Assembly: GCF_964188315.1 (NCBI RefSeq)
Contig: NC_135665.1
Span: forward strand, 38,750,001-38,814,000
Reading direction: 5' to 3'
Source: Podarcis muralis
Taxonomy: Eukaryota
DNA length: 64,000 bases
Shown: positions 14,001 to 24,398 of the stretch, piece by piece
How positions within the stretch are numbered: position 1 is the stretch's first letter
Layout: each line of letters opens with the position of its first letter
The notes under the pieces: model-generated
What the model saw: the letters and a program-made list of their open reading frames with translations, nothing else
The model's database searches: none
What the model was told of the DNA's origin: nothing
Made by a program: the position numbers and the translations under genes

Positions 14001-17000
14001 GGGCAGAATCTTGGGGGGGGATTTTATAGCAGATCCTCAAGCCACACAATACAGGCTTGGGCACAAGATGTTGCGGTGCAGGAGGCCCTCATAGGCAGGA
14101 CTGCTGCATCATGGATTTTGCATAGAGCCAACTCAAGTCTCCTATCCATGTTATCATGAAGTTGGGCATCTCCTTCACAGGGAACCAAATGGCGTGAGGA
14201 AAGATTCAAAATTGACCTGTCTACCAAAGTTTTAATATAGGCCATAAATTTTGGGTCTAAGGTATTTAATTTATCTGCTAAAATGACATTTTACTTAGAA
14301 TGCATGGAAGAATCCAGTTCTGACTTCGCAATGGCCTTTAACACTGACAGCACCAAAATGGAATTAGAAGAGGTGCGACTATCAGTTAGTAGGGATATAT
14401 CGCTATCTGGCTTTGGAGTTAAGGATGGTAATCCAAAAACATGCATAATTTTATGTTTTAGAATGGGAGCACAAACATACAGAGAGAGGCTCATCCTGCA
14501 CTGATGCACCACTCCTTTCATCATCCATTTCAGTTTCCATAAGGTAGTAGGGGAGGATGAAGAGACATAACCATCATTCCCATCACTGCCCACTAGTGTA
14601 AAGGGGTTAGGAGAGGATTCTCCTACATCAGTTCCCACTTGCTGGGGAAAGGAATCTGTCTCTGGTAAGGCTGGTCGCTTGGTGGGAATTTGTAATGGGA
14701 GATCAGATGATAGTGAAGCAATAAGTGCTTCTTTCAGCTGCTCAATTAATGGTGCTGGATTGGTAGATTGAGGGTTTTGCACCCCTTGACCATTTATCCT
14801 TGGAAAATCCTAAAAATTCTGATTGTGAGTCAGATAAGCTGATGTTAAGATGTCTTTCACCAGTAGGTGGTAGCAAATGATTAGCATTCACATGGCCAAC
14901 ATTGCTTTTAGGTAAGGGGGACTGCACTGTAGCGGAGTCCTGAGATTGAGGAATAGGCATAGGGGAAGGGCGTTTTCTATGAACTGGGGGGCCAGGCTTG
15001 TTGTGTCCCCCAACTTTGGAAGGTAAGAGGTGTTAAAGTTTTTGCTTGGTTTTCTTTGGAGATGGTTCAGTCACACCTTGAGAAGGCTCCATAGTGGAGG
15101 ACAAGATGGATACATTCTCTCCCAATACTGATAGCAGTGGAAGCCAGACGGGCACACAACGCGTTATGCTGAATCGTGGACCACTCCGTCATCACTTTTA
15201 AGGTGAACCGGGAGGAATTAGCCAGCCTTAGACCTCTGATGCCTCTACTGCAGACTATGGGGGAGGGCAGCGTGACTCAGTCAATCTCCACACATACTCT
15301 CTCCATGTCACTTAAGCGAACTGGGGGAGGTTAACTCTGGAGGTTGTATTGGTAACAGGCAAGCACTGCATCACCAAACGAAGTGGACCAGGAGGCAATA
15401 CTGTGAATGGTGTAAATACCCCTCTTCCTCTGCTGTACCACAGACCCGGAGCGCAGTAGTAGGACCATGGAACACACACACTAGATTAATAAAAGGCAGC
15501 TGCACACCTACACAAATAACAAAGGAAATAAATGTGATCCCAGAAATAACGTCTGAAAAATAACGTCTGAAAGAAAAGGTTAGAAAAAAAGAAATGCTGC
15601 AGCGGTGAGTTGAAAGCGAAAGGAGGTGGCAACAGACAAAGTGGGCAGCTGCCATGCACTGCAACAGCGGAACAGAGACAACCAAGTAAGGGCACAAAAA
15701 CAAACAACAAGAATAATATGCCTTAAAGGAAGGAACAAAGAAAGAAAGGGGTTGTAAGTGCCTTAAAAAAAAAGAAGAAGAAAGAGGGGGGGGGAATGAA
15801 ATCCCAAGGAATAGAAGGGAAGAACTAGTAGAAAAATAAGGCCAAGGGGAAAAAAATCAGAAACCTAATAACCAATAAACTTAGCTAGTCAGTAGAGCTG
15901 AGGAGGAATGTTCTGCTGCGTCAGGTAGGGAAAAAACTGAGGAAGCCGGGCCTACTTCTCACAAATAAAAACTTTGCTCCTGCCTGTGTCAGCTGACAAG
16001 AGATGTACCCACTCCATTGGCCACAGCATTCCATGAAGTAAATTAAGCAGGTAATAATTGCTTAAACCTGAATACTACTGGTCAGGAAGAGAAACAAATC
16101 ATTTGTTAAAACTCTGGTATGGAAGGTGAAGAACTGTTCCAACCTATGTTGGAACTTAGCCAACACTGCTCCTTTGCAATGCATCATCAGGAGGCAATGG
16201 TTTTCCTGAAAGAATGGGGGGAGATGCTTAATCCTAGTCCTGCCCTTTGCTTTTCCATGGCAACTCCCATCCAAGATGCTTTCCTACAACTTTGGTTCCA
16301 GACCAATAGTTGTAATAGAGTTGCAGGAGGGAAGCAGCTGGTGGGGGCACGGTTAAACACTTCTTTCTCTTCTGCCCCTCCAGAAACTGCATGTCAAGGG
16401 AAAAGTGACACCTGATATAAACTCACAATGGAATTTTTAGTTTTGCCTGAACTATATGCTAGATTCAAATGTTTAACTATATGCATACAAACAAATATGT
16501 GGATTTACTTCCAAGTAAAACCAAGCACCTATCAATCCAGGTGAATATACTGATGACATTCCACATGCAAAGTAGTGATGAAGGCAAAAAATGGGTACCA
16601 GGGATTTATTTTGGCACCTCATGACATTATAAGCAGACCTGATTTCCTTATGTTTTTCCTTCTATAAGATTTAATGTTGTTTTTTGAGAAATAATTACAC
16701 AGCACTGGCTTAGCTTTTATCCCTGCTTGAATTTTCCCTCTTTTGTATATTAATATAGAAGAAAATAAACGATGAAGCATGGACAACTTTGTTGGCGGCA
16801 GTCCTAAACTGTTTGATATGCTATCTTATTTAGCCACTTACAAACATAAAAACCCCACATTTCCCTGCTTGTAGCACCCTCTGCAGTACAGCCACTTTAA
16901 TGCAACTGGGGAAAAAACATCACAATGCTCTGGATGAAGACAACATTCTACAAATTTTAATTATAGTACTTTAAAATATTTCAGATATCAGTTTCAACTG

Positions 17001-20000
17001 TATACTGACAGCAACCCATGCTAATAATTAAAAAAGGAAATAATTTTAAAGAACTACAAACAGGAACTATAAACAATGCCACTGTTTATTCAGAACATGC
17101 CATTTAAGACAAACACTATATTGTTTTTATCTTGTTCTATCTGGGAATACTACCAGAAAATACAAGCTGCCAGTCACTCAAAATACAAAATAGAACAATT
17201 AACTTACCATCCCTGTTAGACAGCAAACACACTAGGCCGTTAAGACATGTGTCAGTCACTTCCGAGATGTTGGTTGCACATCTGCCTATTGCCTGAATTG
17301 TAGCTGCAGCAAATTGTTTATCTTGGCTTTTCACATAGGTCTGAAGAAAATAGGAATTTCAGTCTTCAACACATTGGTCTCATCAGTTTAAATCTTTAAC
17401 AAACCTATCCTTCCCTTTGGAAGCTACCTTCAGTTTTTTTAATTAGCGAATGTGAGTGATATAGAAATAGGGCAACAGGCTATCTTTAGTTACCCAATGC
17501 CAGAAGGGATTCAGCCATCATGTATATTAGTAGTGGGTAACAACTCAAAGCCAGTGATTAGTCTGAGTGTAAGAACAGCATGGTTCATGAATAGTTCTCA
17601 GAAATATTTCAATTAACTTGCTGAATCCAACTAACAACTAACTAACAAACAAAAGGTGATAGTGAAACAATTGCTGCATGTGAAGATGCGAAAAATGAGT
17701 TCTTTGGAACACCACAGATGTTCCAAATATAAATATTATATACCAGTAGGTTCTGAAACAAGAGCAATGTGAGTCAATCAAAAAATACAATCAGAACATA
17801 AGACAACTCCTTTTTAGAATACTAGTATCTAGGGAGCTTTTGCCCATCTGCAACTTGTAGCAGAATCAAGCTGATTTACAACAAAATACAAACCATATTT
17901 TGTGTTCTATGGGTGATATTCATGATCACAAGTGGACTTCCCCTTACTACCCGCCCCCAGCCCCTGTAACCTCCCATGCACTTTCAAAGTATGCATCAGA
18001 GGGTTGGACGACCCTCCATAACAGATCTGGGGTGCACATGGGGGCTATAGGTGTGAGAAAAGAAAGAAGTCCCATTACACAACTGGAAAACCACTGCACA
18101 GTTGGGCAGGCATCACTAGATAAAGTTTCAAAACCTTTAAAATAAAAGAAAGGAAGCTGTTTTTCTAATGGAAAAATCTTGAATCAAAAAATCTCGAATC
18201 AGCTTAAGCATATGCTTCAAGTGATGTTTCATAGAATAAGAATGATGTACAAACCTGAAATTCTCTGAGAAGAGTTGAAATGTTGGCCTCATTTGCTAAG
18301 TTAGTTAAGATTTCAAGCTAAAAGAGAAAAGAAACTGATTAGGAAAACTTGGAAGAATAAGGAATGTTTTCTACATTGTGAACAGTTCTGAATTACAAAA
18401 CGAAAAGCCCTCAGCAAGTTGAAGGCTGGAAAATAAATCATCATGAATTTTTAGTAAGATAACTGTTGTCAGGATTAAAGGAATTGATTTGAAAGCTGTG
18501 TGGTAGCTCATATGATCCATCTGGATTGCAAGAACTCCTAACATGGCCCATGCCTAAGGCAATGTTCTGAAGCTTCTATCCAGGTGTAGAAGAGAGGCCT
18601 TTTCTGAACAAAAAAAATTCCTTCCAGTAGCACCTTAAAGACCAACTAAGTTAGTTCTTGGTATGAGCTTTCGTGTGCATGCACACTTCTGAAGAAGTGT
18701 GCATGCACACGAAAGCTCATACCAAGAACTAACTTAGTTGGTCTTTAAGGTGCTACTGGAAGGAATTTTTTTTGTTTTGACTATGGCAGACCAACACGGC
18801 TACCCATCTGTAACTGGAACTATGGAAGGCCTTTTCTGAAGTTGGAAAAAGGAGCTAGAAAAATAAACACTATGCCAGTATTATATAACGCTTCAGGAGT
18901 TGGGAACCTCCTGTCTGTTGGCCTAATTAGGCCTGCCATACTTCCCGATATGGCCTGAAAGGCTGTTGTGGGCAAGCCACACTCACTTGCCCTACACCTG
19001 AGTAAGTCTCTGTCCCACTGTCCAGTTTTAAGCTGCTGCGGCGTTGGGACTTTTCCTCAGACACTGGAATCACTGACCCATAGTGCCTCCATCTTGGCAA
19101 GATTCAGGTATGTTCCCTCATCCATCTCACCACTGCATCCAAGCGCTAGTTCATGGTCTGCACTGCCTCTCCCAATTCAGATGTTAGGGAGAAATAGAGC
19201 TAAGTATCATCAGCATATAAATGACATCTTGCCCCAAATCTCCCCATGACCACTCCCAGAAGTTTCATGTAGCTATTAAATAACATTGGGGATAAAATGG
19301 TGCCCCAAGGCATCCCATAGAGTATTTGCCAGAGGGCTGACAATGCTACTCTGTGAACTCAGCCATGAACCAGAACTACTGTAACACAGTACAGTGGTAC
19401 CTCGGGGTACAGACGCTTTGGGTTACAAACTCCACTAACCAGGAAGTGGTTGCTCCAGGTTAAGAACTTTGCCCCAAGATAAGAACGGAAATCGCACGCC
19501 AGCGGTGCAGTGGCAGAAGGCCCCATTAGCGAAAGCAGACCTCAGGTTAAGAACCGTTTCAGGTTAAGAACGGACCTCCGGAACGAATTAAGTTCTTACC
19601 CTAAGGTACCACTGTACCCCCAATTTCCATTCCTTGGAGCCAGTCCAGGAGGACACCACAATGAATGGTAATGAAAGGTAAAGAAGCAGAAAGGTAAAGA
19701 AGCAGAAGCAGGGTCATATGCCCCTTGTCCCACTCTCAGCAAAGACCAATTCAAACCAGATTCAAAAAGGTCTAGATAGGTGACCTTTTCCACTGCCTTC
19801 CCTAGGAAGCAGATCTTTGCAATTGGTTCCACACCAACTTCTTTACGAGTGGTTTTCTCAAGGCAACAGGGGCCACCCCTTCACGTTATGAAGTGTTAAT
19901 TACATTCTGGACCCAAACAGTCAAACACCCTTTGTGAGATCTAATAAGCCAAAAGGGACAGGAATCAATAGGATCTATGGTTGGGTGAATAGCCACAAGC

Positions 20001-23000
20001 ACCCTGTGAATAGCCACAAGCACCCTGTCAACCTCATCTGGCTGCATAAGCTGAAACCTATTCCACAATGCATCATCAGTTGTGGCACTGGGTACCTGAC
20101 TTGGAAATGAAGAGTCAAGGTCACTCTGAAGTTGAGAGACTTTAGACTCAAAACATTTTAGTCATTATATTCTGTACTCAATTCACAATTTCACATCTGC
20201 ATTTCTAGTGATGTATATATATAAAATATACACAAATTTATGTAATCCCAATCTTTCTAATACAGTGGTGCCCCGCAAGACGAAAAACCCGCAAGACGAA
20301 AGGGTTTTCCGTTGCGGAGGCGCTTCGCAAGACAAATTTCCCTATTGTCTTGCGAGTCTTGCCATTTTCCCCCGCTTTCCCCCCCCTTTTTCAAAGCCGC
20401 TAAGCCGTTAATAGCCTTTTAACAGCTTAGCCACTAAGCCTTTAATAGCCGCTAAGCCGCTAATAGCGCTAATCGAATAGGGTTGCTTCGCAAGACGAAA
20501 AAACCGCTAGACGAAGAGAATCGCGGAACGGATTCTTTTCGTCTTGCGAGGCACCACTGTAACTAATTACAGAAGAAAGTTGTTCTCTTTTCCCCTGCTA
20601 CATCATTCTTTGCTTCCTATACAGTAGATCAGGCTTCCTCAACCTCAGCCCGCCAGATGTTTTTGGCCTACAACTCCCATGATCCCTAGCTAGCAGGACC
20701 AGTGGTCAGGGATGATGGGAATTGTAGTCTCAAAACATCTGGAGGGCCGAGGTTGAGGAAGCCTACAGTAGATTATTTAAACAAATTACATGTAACAACT
20801 TACGTTTCTGTCCTCTTTGACATTAGCAGAGATTAATTAAATGCAGATCGTTTACTTATTGCTTACTACAAATTGCACTGAGGTTCTGCATTCAAAAAAT
20901 GTCTTCCTTTTAAAGACTCAGCAAGCGATTTTATACTTACTAGAAAGCAAGCCTTGTTCAACACAAGTTTTCCTGCTAATTAAACATGTGCAAGAGAATG
21001 CTATCCACAATTTAAATTGTTCACAACACAGAGTACCGTATACACTTGAGTATAAGTTGACTTTTTCAGCACATTTTTAATGCTGAAAAAGCCCCCCTCA
21101 GCTTATACTCGAGTGAGGGTCCTTTCGGGCTGCTCCTTCCTCCGCCGCCGCCTTTGCCGCTGTCAGAGGAGGAGCGAGCAGCCCGATTCCTCCGCCGCTG
21201 CAGCCACCACCAGGTTTGTGGAGTGGTGAACTGGCTTATACTAGAGTCAATAAGTTTTCCCAGCTTTCTGTGGTAAAATTAGGTGCCTCGGCTTATATTC
21301 GGGTCGGCTTATACTCGAGTATATGTGGTATATTCCTCATAATATTGCTCAAGATAAAATTTCCTAAAGAGATGAGTTGGAATTTTGTTCTTTTTGTTTT
21401 AGTATTACAAAACTGTTATCTTAAGGTCAATGCTGAGGAACAAATATATTCATCCTATTAAGAATAATTAGTGTATTTAATATACCGTATTTTTCGCCCC
21501 ATAGGGCGCACCTTGTTTTTTTGGGGGGGAAATAATGGGAAAAAAATTTAATTCCCCCCGCAAAGCCCAGAAATGCAGGCAGCTCTGCGCAACCCTAAGG
21601 AGACCGGTGCAACTTCGCGCCGGGCTCCCTAGGGTTGCACAGAGCTTCCTGAAGCCTGGAGAGCGAGAGGGGTCGGTGCGCACCGACCCCTCTCGCTTTC
21701 CAGGCTTCAGCGAAAGCCTGCATTCGCCCCATAGGACGCACACACATTTCCCCTTCATTTTTGGAGGGGAAAAAGTGCGTCCTATAGGGCGAAAAATAGG
21801 GTAAATATAAAATATAAAACCATACCTTTAATGTCTTGATCATAGTTGGATCAGTTGACCTAACATAGAAACTCTTCAAGTAAGGCACAAACATGCCCTG
21901 GGGAGGGAAAACACAAATTAACAATATGTAGTAATTATACTGAGGTTAAAACGTAGCAATTTTGAAGTTATGTATTCAAAACGTCAAACCTTGTGTTGGA
22001 TTGACATCGTTGCTATATTCTGGAGAACAATGTACTGTACTTCCCTAAAAGTCAACGTTAGATAATTAATATGCATAACTCTCAAACACTGCTCTATTAG
22101 AAACATTTTTAAAGAGCTAGATTCAAAAGTAAAGGTTATTTAAATTCTTAGAATGCTCTTCAAAATGATTTTGAAGATATGTTATATAATGAAATATCCA
22201 AGTTCTTTGTTTAAAGTACTAAATGGGTTCAGAGTTATTGCAAACACTGCCAACATTGATGGAAATGAAATCTGGTACACTCCTTTGGGAACGTTGATTA
22301 CACCCATATAGTCAAAGTAAATTTACAGAAGCATACCTGGTTTCATTTCATTTTAAAAAGCCAGGATAGGTGTATGTAGGGAACTAACATGAGAGAATGG
22401 TGGCAGGAGAGGGAATGCATAAATCCTGAAACTTAATCTTTAAAACCTACTTCCATTGTATGCTTGTGCCAGATCTTGATTTTGAACCAAATTTATACCT
22501 TATGAATGTACACTATACTTCTTTTCTAGTGAGCTTTATAAAACTGAGCTCATTAAATACTATTAACATGTTTCAGATTTTGTAAATATTGATCAAATCC
22601 ATGTATGAATAATGAATACCTAAATTACTGTTATACAAGTGAAAACCAGTTTACCCTTTCATAACTTTTTACCAACCACTGTTGGGAAAATCAGCAGAAA
22701 TGTATGCTTGATTTACCTGTTACTACGAAGTAAACGTACTAATGATTTAGCAACAATCCCAGCTTCAGATTTGGGTGCTACATGCCAATAAAGTTGTGCA
22801 ATTGCCATCACCACCTGAAAAAATGACGACAAGTCACCTCCTTTCATCTGGTAATTACGCTTTTCTTTCACATAGTATAAACGTATTTGCATACAGAAAT
22901 TTTTAATTTCTTACGTTCCTTGAAGCAAAAGAACATATTCAAAGACATCAGGTATTACATTATTTTCTCTGAATTATAAGCAGCTTTCTCAGCAGATGAA

Positions 23001-24355
23001 AAAACAAGTGTAGGAAAAAAAGCTAGCTTCAAGGTCTAACCCCCCCCCCCCAGCTTTAAAATATACTAAGCCACAATACATGGCAAGGTAGGCCTGCACG
23101 TTACACGGTGGTTATGTTTGGATATCTATTGTACTCAGTACAGCCTATTTTCAATGGCTAAATTAAAAAACACAGCCTGGCTTTAAAACCCCCCAAAGAC
23201 ATTTATGAAGAAAGTTAATCTTACAGCAGCATTCCGGCTTTGTAGTAAAGGCTTTGTATTTCGTATAAGCAATCGGTGGTCTGGGTCCATAGAATAGGGC
23301 TTGTTTGCTTCCTGATTTTTCTCTTTCTGCTCTTCTTCAGATCCATAGAAATTCTTCTCACTATACTCTTCCAGAATTCCCTCCTATCAAAGGTGAGAAA
23401 AACGCATAAAAACATACATATTGCTTTACTTTTCACTTTCAGGTAGCACCAAAAACATAAATATGGTATGTCACCTTCTAAATTTTGTTTAAAATATTTT
23501 GAATTTGAACTACAGCTCAAATTTCTCAACAGATTCCTGGCAAACACTGTTTCTTTCTCAGAGCCTGTAGAAAAAACATCTATTGGCTGCCTGGGCCTCT
23601 GTAATTCAGCTGACCAAGCAAAAGCTCAATAAGTAGTATGTCTATATACTAGAATAATAGGAGGAGAACCATAAATCAAATATAGCATGAAACCTTAGAG
23701 ATCAATCAGTGAATCTTCCAGGGTACAAAATCTATTCCCCCATACTTTCATATACGCTTAACCACCTATTTCCCTGAGACCATCAAGAGACATTATGAGT
23801 TCACATAAAATAACAGCCTGATTATTTGGCATGTTATAAAAAGTATATGCTAACTTCAATGTTTTCAAATATCATACTGCGGAGACAAAAGATTCGGAGA
23901 GTAATGGTTTGCTGTTGTTTTCTTAAAGACTACAAGGATGTAAAATTATTGTGCCCAAGTTACTCTATTCAATACTCAAGAAATATCTGTAGAATCTTAA
24001 ACTTAGAGTGTAACTACCGTATTTTTCCCTCTATAACACGCAGATTTTTTCTCCTAAAAAGGAAGGGGAAATGTCTGTGCGTGTTATTGAGCGAATGTGT
24101 GGTCCCTGGAGCCAAATGGCAAAAAAAAATCAGGCAAAAATCAAATTGCGCGTCTCGGAGAAGGGAAACCTGAAAAGAGGAAGCGGCTGCTTTCCTGCAT
24201 TCTGCCTCAGGGTCTTACTGCCCACCCTCCTCTGTTTCCTTGCTGTGTTTGCTCAAATGGAACAAAGAGCAGGGAAAGCCCCTCCCCTCCAGGCAAGCAG
24301 AGAGGAAAGGAAAGGATCGTCTTTCATTCTAATTCCTCTCCGTGAAAACATGCAG

Positions 24356-24398
<43 letters not shown>

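Larger units (their letters stand above)
11367..16043 (-). mobile_element. DIRS1-type tyrosine-recombinase retrotransposon, defective (RT deleted, two SINEs nested)
   Basis: Inverted terminal repeats share CAATGGAGTGGGTACATCTCTTGTCAGCTG (about 11420 and reverse complement about 15990-16020). ICR at about 11642-11728 joins both ends. Gag-like peptides ([18 protein letters not shown]; [16 protein letters not shown]), RNase H plus Dam-like segment (12514-13029; [26 protein letters not shown]) and YR C-terminus ([20 protein letters not shown], about 11800-12130). Confidence 0.93.
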
